DNA of 64,000 nt from Geopsychrobacteraceae bacterium (GCA_963662315.1 OY759353.1:3680001-3744000); one strand, 5' to 3'; counted from the stretch's first letter, positions 20,771 to 30,387 are shown. The notes: generated by a model not told the origin, from the letters alone. Numbers and translations are program-made.

Positions 20771-21475
20771 ATGCTCCTGCTTCTGGCAGCAGTCCCTCTG
20801 GAAACGACCCTCATCCGCACTGTACTGGGAGAGCGACTGGGACTGATAACCAGTACTTCGCTTACCCGCCAAAACCACTACGCAGAGGTCCCCCTGTTGC
20901 TGGCCCATACGGGCATCGGTCCGATCAACATGGCGATGCAACTTGGCAGAATCCTGACCTGTTACAAACCAGAAGCGGTTATTCTGTTCGGCTGTGGTGG
21001 CGCTTACCCCCAGAGTGGTTTGGCGCTTGGCGATTGCGTTTTGGCAACCAGCGAAACTCTGGGCGATACCGGTATAGCGACTGATTCCGGCTTCATCCCT
21101 CTTGACCAGTTAAAAATCCCCCAGGACCCGGTGCTGGTACCACAATTCAGGCAAAATTACACCCTTAGCCAACCTTTACTCGAACGCGCTTCGGGAATTT
21201 TACGAGATACCCCTAAAGGTCCTTTTGTCACGGTCAGCACCTGTAGTGGTCATCCTTTTTTAAGTGAACAGCTCGAGGCCAGAACCGGAGGGGTCTGCGA
21301 AAATATGGAGGGGGCTGCCGCAGCACAGGTTTGTGAACAGTTTCATCTTCCGCTGTTGGAACTCCGTGGCATTTCCAATCCGACAGGCACCCGCGACCCT
21401 CAGCAGTGGGATATCTGCAAAGGTACTGCTGCCGCCCAAAATGCCGTCATCAAGCTTGTCGACAACTGGTCATAA
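20771..21475 (+). CDS. mqnB: futalosine hydrolase
   Basis: Nucleoside phosphorylase fold motifs TGIG, TVSTCSG, ENMEGAA, RGISN; adjacent to mqnD. Confidence 0.85.
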   Translation: MLLLLAAVPLETTLIRTVLGERLGLITSTSLTRQNHYAEVPLLLAHTGIGPINMAMQLGRILTCYKPEAVILFGCGGAYPQSGLALGDCVLATSETLGDTGIATDSGFIPLDQLKIPQDPVLVPQFRQNYTLSQPLLERASGILRDTPKGPFVTVSTCSGHPFLSEQLEARTGGVCENMEGAAAAQVCEQFHLPLLELRGISNPTGTRDPQQWDICKGTAAAQNAVIKLVDNWS

Positions 21476-21486
21476 AGGATTTCAAT

Positions 21487-22323
21487 ATGGCACAAACACT
21501 GACCATTGGCTATTCACCCTGTCCCAATGATACCTTCATCTTCTATGGATTGATCCATGGCAAGGTGTCCTGCCCAGAGACTCAGTTTCAAGAACGCCTC
21601 GAAGATGTCGAAACCCTCAACCAGTTGGCCCTCAGTGGAATCCTTGATGTCACCAAGATCTCTTACCATGCTCTCGGCCACCTGCGCGACAATTACGCTT
21701 TACTGCGTAGCGGCGGGGCTTTGGGGCGCGGTTGTGGTCCGCTGGTCGTCGCACGTGACAACCTCAGCATGGCAGATCTGAAGGGACAATCCATTGCGAT
21801 TCCGGGACAACTGACTACGGCTAATTTATTATTGCAGCTGTATGGTGAAGGTTATGAACAGGTCACCATCATGCCGTTCGACAAAATTCTAGCTGCTGTC
21901 AGCAATGGTGATGTCGCTGCAGGTGCAATTATTCATGAATCACGCTTCACCTATCAACAGCATGGCCTGAAGAAAGTTATTGACCTGGGACAATGGTGGG
22001 AATCTGATAGCGGCTGTCCTATCCCCCTGGGAGGTATCCTGGCCCGGCGTGATCTCGGCGTCGAGCGGATTCAAAAACTGGACAGCGCCTTGCGTAGCAG
22101 TGTTGAATATGCCTTCGCCCATCCGGAGCAAACCCGTCATTACATCAAGCAGCATGCTCAGGAGCTTGAGGACCAGGTCGTCGAAAGCCATATCGGTTTA
22201 TATGTCAATAACTTCTCTGTTGATCTCGGGGATGAAGGGGTAAGGGCGGTTGAAACTCTTTTTGCCAGAGCCGAAGCGCGTGGGATTATTCCGGTGTGTG
22301 ATAAGCCGTTATTTATTGAGTGA
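21487..22323 (+). CDS. mqnD: 1,4-dihydroxy-6-naphthoate synthase
   Basis: GYSPCPNDTF, DVETLN, GALGRGCGP, IIHESRF, PIPLG, HIGLYVN motifs. Confidence 0.93.
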   Translation: MAQTLTIGYSPCPNDTFIFYGLIHGKVSCPETQFQERLEDVETLNQLALSGILDVTKISYHALGHLRDNYALLRSGGALGRGCGPLVVARDNLSMADLKGQSIAIPGQLTTANLLLQLYGEGYEQVTIMPFDKILAAVSNGDVAAGAIIHESRFTYQQHGLKKVIDLGQWWESDSGCPIPLGGILARRDLGVERIQKLDSALRSSVEYAFAHPEQTRHYIKQHAQELEDQVVESHIGLYVNNFSVDLGDEGVRAVETLFARAEARGIIPVCDKPLFIE

Positions 22324-22391
22324 GAAATTATCCCTTTGAGTAGGGAAAGATTGGAAAGCTGTTTAGCAAGGAGCACAACTTTGTAAGCAAC

Positions 22392-22422
22392 AAAAAAGAC
22401 CTCCATGAAACATGGAGGTCTT
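22392..22422. terminator. bidirectional terminator between mqnD and serC
   Basis: aagacctccatg-aaa-catggaggtctt hairpin between convergent genes. Confidence 0.8.
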
Positions 22423-22432
22423 CTGGATTCAA

Positions 22433-23521
22433 TCAACCATTTTTGCGCTCAAATTCTTCCATGAACGCAGCAAGCTTTTCAACCCCGGCCATCGGCATCG
22501 GGTTATAAATAGACGCCCTGACACCACCAGCGTTGCGATGTCCTTTCAGGGCATATAATCCTTCAGCACCGGCTTCCTGTAAAAATTTCTTATCCAATTC
22601 TTCCGAGGCCATTTTGAAGGAAACATTCATTATTGAGCGATGATCAGGATGAGCAACTCCACGGTAGAAGTCACTGCCATCAATCACTTTATACAGACGC
22701 GCTGCCTTCTGCTCGTTCAATTTTTCAATCGCCGGAATACCACCGACACTCTCAAGCCACTCAAGGACCAGCTTAATGGCATAAATAGCAAAGGTGTTGG
22801 TGGTGTTGGTCAAAGAATTGTCTTTGTCGCACAGGGTCAGGTTTAGCAGTGTCGGAGTTTTCGGGTCGGCCATTCCCAGCAGGTCTTCACGGACAATAGC
22901 CATCGCCATACCGGACGGCCCCAGGTTTTTTTGCAAACCGGCATAAACAACGCCAAACTGATTGTAGTCAATCTGCCGGGACAGCAGTTCAGAGGTCATA
23001 TCCGCAACCAGCGGGATGGGAACTTGCGGGAATGTGTGGTAGCGCGTACCGAAAATCGTATTATTGCTGGTAATGTGCAGATATGCAGCATCTGGATCGA
23101 CCATATCCGCGGTAATGTCAGGAATCCGGTCGTAACCGGTTGCCGCACTACTGACGATCGTTTCAGTCGGATAAAAAATCTCGGCTTCCTCGGCGGCCAG
23201 CTTCGCAAAGTTACCGGTCTCGGCATACAAACAACGGCGGGACGGCACCCGGCCAGAAAAATTTAATGGAACGGCCGAAAAAAACATGCGTGCACCACCG
23301 TGGACAAACAGAATCCGGTAGTTGTCTGGCACACCCGCCAATTTTTTGAACAGAGCCTTGGCGGCTTCGAGGACATCGACAAACTCTTTAGCGCGATGGC
23401 TGATCTCGATAATAGAGACCCCCATCCCCTGGTAATCAAGCCATTCCTGCTGAATCTTTGCCATTACCGGTTCGGGCAGCATAGCCGGACCTGCTCCAAA
23501 ATTGTAAACCTTCTCTGCCAT
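22433..23521 (-). CDS. serC: phosphoserine aminotransferase
   Basis: YNFGAGPAMLP, EISHR, QKNLGPSG, GHR, RASIYN motifs. Confidence 0.96.
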   Translation of the reverse strand: MAEKVYNFGAGPAMLPEPVMAKIQQEWLDYQGMGVSIIEISHRAKEFVDVLEAAKALFKKLAGVPDNYRILFVHGGARMFFSAVPLNFSGRVPSRRCLYAETGNFAKLAAEEAEIFYPTETIVSSAATGYDRIPDITADMVDPDAAYLHITSNNTIFGTRYHTFPQVPIPLVADMTSELLSRQIDYNQFGVVYAGLQKNLGPSGMAMAIVREDLLGMADPKTPTLLNLTLCDKDNSLTNTTNTFAIYAIKLVLEWLESVGGIPAIEKLNEQKAARLYKVIDGSDFYRGVAHPDHRSIMNVSFKMASEELDKKFLQEAGAEGLYALKGHRNAGGVRASIYNPMPMAGVEKLAAFMEEFERKNG

Positions 23522-23586
23522 GTTTCTTACTCCTGCGGCACACATAGTAATCGAACAATATTTTTATGATCCCAGATGGAAACCCA

Positions 23587-23862
23587 CTATTTTACAACCT
23601 TCAGACGGCCGCGTGCACCTGCTCCTCCCGCCGGCGGATCCGGATTCGTAGGCGGTTCGGTACCTTCCGGCCGACCATCTCCGATCTGTGGCAGCGTTCC
23701 GCTGAGCAACATCTGCTCAACGGAACCAGCAATCGTCAGGCATTGTTTCATGCACACTCGGTAAGCCGGGCACATGGTACAATCCGCTTCTCCGGCAGCA
23801 GCTTTCAGACAATGCACGAGCAGTCTGACACTATCTTCCTGGGATAACGGAACAAAAAACAT
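23587..23862 (-). CDS. small Cys-containing hypothetical protein
   Basis: 91 aa with a C..CxxC...C pattern and a LKVVK tail; co-oriented between aroF and serC. Confidence 0.55.
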   Translation of the reverse strand: MFFVPLSQEDSVRLLVHCLKAAAGEADCTMCPAYRVCMKQCLTIAGSVEQMLLSGTLPQIGDGRPEGTEPPTNPDPPAGGAGARGRLKVVK

Positions 23863-23959
23863 ATCAACCTCTATACTCGGCCAGCACTTAAACCGAAAAA
23901 CGACTTAAGTGCTGTAAAGATTCCACATAAATGCCACTTGGCTTTCACTGCGGAACAGG

Positions 23960-24988
23960 TTAGAAGGTAGCCATAGTCCGATCAGCTGCCTCAACAAATT
24001 TATTCAGTTTTACCATCATTGCGTGAAATTCTTCAGGGCGCAAAGATTGGGGACCGTCACTTGCCGCTTTTTCTGGACAGGGATGAACTTCTACCAGTAA
24101 ACCATCTGCTCCAGCAGCTGCTGCCGCATAACACATGGGGGCTATTAATGACGCATGCCCGGTTGCGTGCGACGGATCAATCATCACCGGCAGGTGAGTC
24201 TGCTGTTTTAGCACTGGTACAGCAGAAATATCCAGTGTATTCCGCGTTGCCGTTTCAAAAGTTCTGATGCCACGCTCACATAAAATGACCCGGCGGTTGC
24301 CCTCGGACAAAATGTATTCAGCGCTCATCAAAAATTCCTGAATCGTCGTTGCCATCCCCCGCTTAAGCAGAATCGGTTTGTCGAGTTGCCCCAGTAATTT
24401 CAACAAAGCAAAGTTCTGAGTGTTACGGGCGCCAACCTGAAGAACATCGGCATAACGGGCAACCAGTTCAACATCACGCGGGTTAACCACTTCGGTTACC
24501 ACCGGCAAGCCTGTCAACTCTCGGGCCTCAGCCAATAACTTCAGTCCTTCTTCTTCCATCCCCTGGAAAGAATAGGGGCTGGTACGTGGTTTAAAAGCAC
24601 CGCCGCGCAGCAGCCGTGCACCAGACTCTTTTATTGCTAAAGCGGTTTCGCAGATCTGTTCACGACTCTCAACCGAACAAGGGCCACCAACGACAACAAA
24701 TTCTTTGCCGCCAATCGCTAACCCTGGAACAATTTCGACGGCACTTGGCTCGGGTTGAACTTCAAGGCTGGCAAGCTTGTAGGGTTTAAGGATCGGTACA
24801 ACATTCTCAACCCCCGGCATCGACTGCAGAATCTGCAGCTTTTCTTTGCCGCGCTCCTCACCGATCGCCCCGATAACATTGCGGGTTTCTCCATGAATAA
24901 TATGCGGCTGATACCCCAGCTCAATGATCTTTTCTTCTACTGCCTTTAGTTCACGAGCTCCTACATCTTTTTTCATTACAATAATCAT
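23960..24988 (-). CDS. aroF: DAHP synthase, class I-beta, with N-terminal regulatory domain
   Basis: [34 protein letters not shown] motifs; AAGGAG RBS before MIIVMK. Confidence 0.93.
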   Translation of the reverse strand: MIIVMKKDVGARELKAVEEKIIELGYQPHIIHGETRNVIGAIGEERGKEKLQILQSMPGVENVVPILKPYKLASLEVQPEPSAVEIVPGLAIGGKEFVVVGGPCSVESREQICETALAIKESGARLLRGGAFKPRTSPYSFQGMEEEGLKLLAEARELTGLPVVTEVVNPRDVELVARYADVLQVGARNTQNFALLKLLGQLDKPILLKRGMATTIQEFLMSAEYILSEGNRRVILCERGIRTFETATRNTLDISAVPVLKQQTHLPVMIDPSHATGHASLIAPMCYAAAAAGADGLLVEVHPCPEKAASDGPQSLRPEEFHAMMVKLNKFVEAADRTMATF

Positions 24989-25065
24989 GTTGCTCTCCTT
25001 GTCGTTATCGACGTAAAGGCAAACAGGCCGCCCGGTCTCCCGGCGGCCTGTTATCTTTTTTGTAA

Positions 25066-25180
25066 ATAAAAAAAGAAAAACCATGGGAGAGGCGGTGAGC
25101 CGTTCTGCCATGGTTTTGGGTTATTTTCAGATTGTGTACTCTTTTTACACACCCTTCCCAGTGGCAGCCGGCCTAAAAAA
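25066..25180 (-). promoter_or_regulatory. putative attenuator (terminator plus alternative pairing) upstream of aroF
   Basis: Minus-strand hairpin aaaaccatggcagaacgg-ctca-ccgcctctcccatggtttt followed by a U-tract, downstream of an aromatic-rich leader ORF. Confidence 0.75.
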
Positions 25181-25228
25181 GCCGCTAAACCAAAAGAAGA
25201 AGCTAAAATAAAAAGAGGTAAACAACAT
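25145..25228 (-). CDS. aromatic amino-acid leader peptide MLFTSFYFSFFFWFSGFFRPAATGKGV (27 aa)
   Basis: 9 Phe, 1 Tyr and 1 Trp in the first 18 codons; AGGAAGG RBS; TTGTCA-17-TACTCT promoter upstream. Confidence 0.85.
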   Translation of the reverse strand: MLFTSFYFSFFFWFSGFFRPAATGKGV

Positions 25229-25320
25229 ATCTGTTAATATCCTTCCTGTCAGGAGAGAGTACACAAGTCACTAATTCCTGACAAGAAAAAAAATCTTTTA
25301 AAAAAGTTTGATATTTTTTC

Positions 25321-25349
25321 TTGACTCTCAACGGCCCATCCGATATAAA
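25321..25349 (+). promoter_or_regulatory. sigma70-type promoter of tRNA-Phe
   Basis: TTGACT-17 bp-TATAAA with an AT-rich upstream element. Confidence 0.7.
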
Positions 25350-25362
25350 CGGATCTCGCTTC

Positions 25363-25439
<77 letters not shown>

Positions 25440-25446
25440 TAAAATC

Positions 25447-25479
25447 AAAGGGTTACACTATTTTGTGTAACCCTTTTTT
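25447..25479 (+). terminator. phage-supplied terminator for tRNA-Phe, overlapping an IHF-consensus site
   Basis: aaagggttacac-tattttt-gtgtaaccctttttt-like hairpin; 25443-25455 AATCAAAGGGTTA fits WATCAANNNNTTR. Confidence 0.75.
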
Positions 25480-25499
25480 AATTCTTAAATTTCCACAAA

Positions 25500-27797
25500 C
25501 TACCACACTTTGAAGATTGATGCGATCTCTGCTGTGAAAGCTGCTGCAATTGCCTTGATTGCTGGAAGATCTGGATGAACATTGTCACCAATTGTCATAG
25601 CCTCCAGGTTTTCGCCAACAGCCCCTAGAGGATCTGCAATGCCATGTCCATTATCTGCTGCAAACTTTGCTAATGCAGATCGAATTCGCCCTCCCTTATA
25701 TCCATTCGCAGTCACAGAAAACATCGGTGGAAGACCAAAAATTATTTTAGCGGATGGATTGCTCAATAGAATAATTGACTCTAATGACTCAAGGTTTGCG
25801 TAAAATGATGTCACAGCGGTCCCCTGAGCAATGTCATTTGTTCCAATTAGAACACAAACAACATCATCTTCTGAAAAATCAGAAGCTTGTGCATAAGCAA
25901 TCTGATCCGATAATTTATCTCCATTGACCGCTAGATTTTTACTCAAGGACACAGATCCTATCCCTTCAAAACCTTCTAACCATTCTTTCATCAAGTCAGG
26001 CCAAACAGTATTCTGTCCTGATCCTGCCGTCAGAGAATCACCTATAAATGAGATAACAATCTTCTTTTTCTTGCCTAAAAATGATGGTTTCCCATTGTAA
26101 TCTACTCCATACCAAATTCCAGAGGATGAACCCTCTTTAGCGTTACCATTATCGAAGCCTAAAAATAGTTTTTCGACATTCCCAGTTGGCATTGTCAGAG
26201 ACCCTATTAATAAATGATTTGAAAAATAATCAATTTTATTTGCTTCTGAGACATAGGCTCCAACTAGAACACTATGAGATGGCCCAAAAACATAGGACTC
26301 ACTTGGCATTGAGTGTCTTGAAATACGACTCCATATATTTGGATAATCGACCCCGATCATGTTTATTTCATTGTCTTCCACAGAAAATGAATTTTGTTTG
26401 TCCATTATTTCAATGCCACGCATTTCTGAATTTATCGTATCAAGCCCGACAAAATATCCCTTTGAGGAAGAAGAGCTTGAAGCACTAAACATACAAAATT
26501 CATAATAGTGTCCAACTTCTGGAGCAAATTCCAGCCCCAAAAAGATAGTATTCCCTCCACTATCTTTATCAACTCTAAATTCATTTTCTGATACTGTTGG
26601 ATATAATCCACTATCTACATATGATGAAAAATCATATGTATACAGCTTGTCTTGAACTGTGGATAAATTTATACCTTTTTTTTGTGTATATCCTGATCCA
26701 CTCGGAAAATTAGAACGACCTCCTCCGAAAAACCTATTTTCATTGTCATTTGGTAGAAGAGTAACTGTCTTTCCTTTGGCTCTATTTATGAGTTTTATGT
26801 TAGTTAAAGTTTTAATCTTTCGGTAATGTTTAACACCATTTTCAACAGACAAACAAACACCTGGGTCTGTCGATAATATACAATCGGTAAAGTCGAATGC
26901 GGTGCTAAAATAGTAGGTGTTACTAGGAGTAGAGGGGAAATAGATCGGTATCATACTCCCCGCTACCTTTTTTATTTTTTCCATAATTACATCTTCATAA
27001 GTTCCATCTCCGCGCATTCCAAATGTTTTTACATTTATCATATTAGGCTGATCCCACAACCATGCTGAGGATCCATCATTATCCCTTGGGACAATAATAC
27101 TTCCACCATTATCAACATAAGTTCCAACTTCCGCTCCGCTCACAAATCGCCTTGCTGGACCTCCTCCTCCATCACCTGCATCATAATATCCAAGAGGTTG
27201 AACACGACCAACAACACTACCACCTGGAAAGTCTCTAAGATCTTCGATCGTGTCAACTGGGTAGAGCTGCCGTCCCCACAAAGAAACTGCTCCTGATGTT
27301 GGAGTTATCGTAGCTGTAGCATCTGATGGATTTGCCAGTAATTTAAAATTTCCTGAGCTGTCAAACCCAATCAACAAATTTGCACGTTCTTCAATAGAAA
27401 TGGTCTCAAAAGATGTTGTTTTTTCACCTATTGGTAATTTTATAGAGCGACCAATATCGCGTGAAATCTGTTGTAGAATCATATAAATTCGATCAAAATC
27501 ATTATCAACTACTGATTCACGAAATTCACCTTGGTATTTATAGTCAGTATCTCTCTTATTGTCACAGTCACGATAAACAACAACCTGAGTGCCACAATCA
27601 GGAGCTTTAAGAAAAATAACTTCACCACCGTTGTCCTCCCCAACTCCAGTGACATAGTAATCAGTTTGGAAAATCTTTAATTTAGCATCAACTTCAACCT
27701 TTAAGTCGTCATATTTCGAGATTTTAAAATCGAACGGGAATGTCGTGCTACCGGAAGCGACTGAGGTATTGACGGGATATTGGTCTTCCAGGGCCAT
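25500..27797 (-). CDS. tail fibre/tailspike: T7-type N-terminal attachment domain plus C-terminal SGNH/GDSL esterase
   Basis: N-terminal FPFDF...GGEV...YRD...DFDR; LGYYDAGDGGGG tailspike module; GDSL blocks GDSLT, G, GTND, DNVHP; visibly AT-rich. Confidence 0.85.
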   Translation of the reverse strand: MALEDQYPVNTSVASGSTTFPFDFKISKYDDLKVEVDAKLKIFQTDYYVTGVGEDNGGEVIFLKAPDCGTQVVVYRDCDNKRDTDYKYQGEFRESVVDNDFDRIYMILQQISRDIGRSIKLPIGEKTTSFETISIEERANLLIGFDSSGNFKLLANPSDATATITPTSGAVSLWGRQLYPVDTIEDLRDFPGGSVVGRVQPLGYYDAGDGGGGPARRFVSGAEVGTYVDNGGSIIVPRDNDGSSAWLWDQPNMINVKTFGMRGDGTYEDVIMEKIKKVAGSMIPIYFPSTPSNTYYFSTAFDFTDCILSTDPGVCLSVENGVKHYRKIKTLTNIKLINRAKGKTVTLLPNDNENRFFGGGRSNFPSGSGYTQKKGINLSTVQDKLYTYDFSSYVDSGLYPTVSENEFRVDKDSGGNTIFLGLEFAPEVGHYYEFCMFSASSSSSSKGYFVGLDTINSEMRGIEIMDKQNSFSVEDNEINMIGVDYPNIWSRISRHSMPSESYVFGPSHSVLVGAYVSEANKIDYFSNHLLIGSLTMPTGNVEKLFLGFDNGNAKEGSSSGIWYGVDYNGKPSFLGKKKKIVISFIGDSLTAGSGQNTVWPDLMKEWLEGFEGIGSVSLSKNLAVNGDKLSDQIAYAQASDFSEDDVVCVLIGTNDIAQGTAVTSFYANLESLESIILLSNPSAKIIFGLPPMFSVTANGYKGGRIRSALAKFAADNGHGIADPLGAVGENLEAMTIGDNVHPDLPAIKAIAAAFTAEIASIFKVW

Positions 27798-27813
27798 GGG
27801 GCACCTCCTTTAT

Positions 27814-29451
27814 TTAACGGCCGAAATCGACCTGCAGTTCTTGAGTTTCATAACCTGGCCGCCAGTCGTTCATCTCGGCAACTTGCGGATTTGGATTCTT
27901 TCCTATTCGCACAGGAGTGTCTGCGATCGCGCCGGCGCCGGCATCGAGATAATCGTCCGGCTGATCGAGAACTTTCGGATCCCATTGTCGCATCTGCTTT
28001 GCGGCATCGCCCTGGGTCACGCACTGGTGAGCGTAGAGATACATCCCTGACAGTGGTGTTTCGAAAGCATCAAGGATCCGGACATTTTTATTGGTACTTT
28101 CGGGCTGCTCCAGGACACCACAGTTAAGTCCTGATCGCTGCAGGTGCCCCTTAAGGATTGTCGGGACATGGCCACCAACTCCAGCTGTCTTCACGGTCAC
28201 TGCTGGAAGGTGGTAATGCTTAACCAGTTTGACAATGTCCTGACACTGATCATCGATATCACCGCGCAGATCCCCGGCGTACTGCCAGAACAGATAGCCT
28301 CTGGAATCGGTAAAAATAATGACGAAAGCGCTGGCGTCGCTCTTGATCTTACCCAGGGAATTATCCCAGACTGCAGACACGCCGATCATCCTCATGCCAT
28401 TGAGCCAGCATGTCAGTTCACCATTAACCTGCCGAAACTCGGGCTCTTCCGCATATTCGATCATCCGGTTCGGATCGAGACGAACCTGACCGATCTGGGC
28501 CGCATGGAGCATATACTGACTGTCCCACTCTCCCCAGGACCTGCAGCGGCCAATACGCCAGGTAATTTCTTCCCGGGTAAAACGTTTCGGCCAGGTCGGA
28601 TCTGAATAAATACTGATCCGCTCTTCTGGATTAAGTGGTGTCCGGAGAGTCACCCGACCACCGCGGTAATCTCTGACCCCATGAACCAGGTACTCTTTTT
28701 TATCGAGAACCCGGGGACGCGAATTCCCGACCAGGACATAGAGGTGATCTTCGGTCGGGATCCGCCAATCAAAGGGGAAATCTCTCGTCTTCGTCTTCGC
28801 TATATGGGTTACTTCGCGTCCGAACAACGGGATCTCAAGCAGATCCGCGCCGTCCTCAATCTGTTCTTTGTAGATCGAATCAACACAGTGGTCAGTTCCG
28901 ATATAGAGAATTTTCCCTCCCGGTACCAGGATGTGAGTTTCCTCGCTCAAACGTTCGCGCAGGCTTTCGCGCAGTGCCGGCGTCCGGATCGTCTTCGGAA
29001 CCTCGACGTCATCATTGATGAATTCTTCAGCCCGGCCACCGGTCAGGTTGCTCATAATCCCATAAGCAGAGACAGAAGGATTCCGTGGATCATTCGCCTC
29101 GGCAACCTCAAAGGTATGAGTTTTCCAAAGACCTTTCTTTGGCCTCATCCCGCGGCACATTCGATGTCGATCGATAACGTTCCGCGCGTCCCTGGAGAGC
29201 TTGGCGCCGTCCTTATCTGTTGCGGACAGAACCTGAAACCGCCACCCGGGAGAATCCTTCAATTTCCATGGAACATAGCGGCCGGCAATGGTAGACTTAC
29301 TGAATCCGCGATGAGCTTTAAAAACGGCAACCCGTCCGGTCCTTCCATTCTCCAGCCATTCGCAGGCCTCAAGATGTTCATCCGGAACATCCCAGCCAAC
29401 CAGGTTTCCCCAGGACAAGTAGAACGCCGGGAAACTGACGTAATTCCCCAT
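27814..29451 (-). CDS. terminase large subunit
   Basis: Walker A HRGFSKST, Walker B-like FINDDVE, coupling motif YIGT, nuclease WD...DDYLDA. Confidence 0.9.
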   Translation of the reverse strand: MGNYVSFPAFYLSWGNLVGWDVPDEHLEACEWLENGRTGRVAVFKAHRGFSKSTIAGRYVPWKLKDSPGWRFQVLSATDKDGAKLSRDARNVIDRHRMCRGMRPKKGLWKTHTFEVAEANDPRNPSVSAYGIMSNLTGGRAEEFINDDVEVPKTIRTPALRESLRERLSEETHILVPGGKILYIGTDHCVDSIYKEQIEDGADLLEIPLFGREVTHIAKTKTRDFPFDWRIPTEDHLYVLVGNSRPRVLDKKEYLVHGVRDYRGGRVTLRTPLNPEERISIYSDPTWPKRFTREEITWRIGRCRSWGEWDSQYMLHAAQIGQVRLDPNRMIEYAEEPEFRQVNGELTCWLNGMRMIGVSAVWDNSLGKIKSDASAFVIIFTDSRGYLFWQYAGDLRGDIDDQCQDIVKLVKHYHLPAVTVKTAGVGGHVPTILKGHLQRSGLNCGVLEQPESTNKNVRILDAFETPLSGMYLYAHQCVTQGDAAKQMRQWDPKVLDQPDDYLDAGAGAIADTPVRIGKNPNPQVAEMNDWRPGYETQELQVDFGR

Positions 29452-29838
29452 TCACTTTTTTCCCCCGCTGACCAGGCGCGGTCTTGTCCTGGCCAGGCGC
29501 TTTTTTGCTTCTCTCTCGAAACGGGCAATTTCCTCGTCGTCTGCCTCTTCAACACCGCCTGCAACGCCACCGGCGCCGGTCGCTTCTAAGTAGCGCTCGA
29601 TATTCAGCAGCATGGCCATGGTCTGGTTGGCATTCTTCTTCTCCCAATACCTTTCACCTTTCCATCCGGTCTTCACCTTCATGACTTCGGATGGTTTGGC
29701 CCCAGCCTCGAGAAGTTCCTGAGCTTCTTCCTTGGCGCTTTCTTCATTGGTCCAGTTCTCCGGATCCGCCTCCTCGAGGTAAACATCGAGAAGGCGTTCA
29801 CGGATGCCATGAAGCTTTTTCCGCTTGGTTTCTTTCAT
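29452..29838 (-). CDS. putative terminase small subunit
   Basis: Abuts terL; EADPENW...GERYWEKKNA motif recalled from BPP-1-like phages. Confidence 0.6.
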   Translation of the reverse strand: MKETKRKKLHGIRERLLDVYLEEADPENWTNEESAKEEAQELLEAGAKPSEVMKVKTGWKGERYWEKKNANQTMAMLLNIERYLEATGAGGVAGGVEEADDEEIARFEREAKKRLARTRPRLVSGGKK

Positions 29839-29847
29839 CAGATCCTC

Positions 29848-30387
29848 CTAGCGGTTTTTCATCCCTGGAGGGGACAGAGCCCGATCACCGAACCACCAGA
29901 CCCCGGCCGTTGTTGCCGAAAACACGATCGAATAAACGATATACTTGATGATCGCCACCATTTCGGAAGGAGAGAGATTCCCAGCCAGCACACCGCCAGA
30001 TTTAACAATATCCAGGAAAACCATATAGGTCATGACGAACAAACCCAATGTCAGCAAGGGGCGGAACAAATCCTTGATCGCATTGACCCACTTGTAACTT
30101 TCTCCGGCCTTGCGTTCCATGGCCACGGAGCTTTGCAACGATTTCCAGCTCCCCTGGGAAGATGCCAGGGCAATGGCCTGTTCGTTTTCTTCCTGCTTCG
30201 CCTGCATCTGCAGCTTCTGTAGATCCGTCTCATAAGCCCACTTGTCCTTCTGGAACTCATGTTCCTGCTTCGCCTGCTTCATTTTCATCCAGGCGCTGAT
30301 CGCGCTGCCGAACAGCCCAAAGATACCTCCTCCTGCAGCTGCAGCTCCGGTACCGAGAATCGTGCTTAAAATCGAACTCCAGTCCAT
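29848..30387 (-). CDS. holin-like membrane protein (3TM/GTA-holin-like)
   Basis: Hydrophobic segments with FRP and WWFGDR motifs; adjacent to the endolysin. Confidence 0.55.
   Translation of the reverse strand: MDWSSILSTILGTGAAAAGGGIFGLFGSAISAWMKMKQAKQEHEFQKDKWAYETDLQKLQMQAKQEENEQAIALASSQGSWKSLQSSVAMERKAGESYKWVNAIKDLFRPLLTLGLFVMTYMVFLDIVKSGGVLAGNLSPSEMVAIIKYIVYSIVFSATTAGVWWFGDRALSPPGMKNR

Noticed and set aside
23960..25111. Extended N-termini given by the ORF track (aroF from 25111, 43885, 39066, 52637, 53699, 21406, 17494)
   Set aside because: They run through terminators or upstream genes; downstream starts have clear RBSs and family-typical N-termini.
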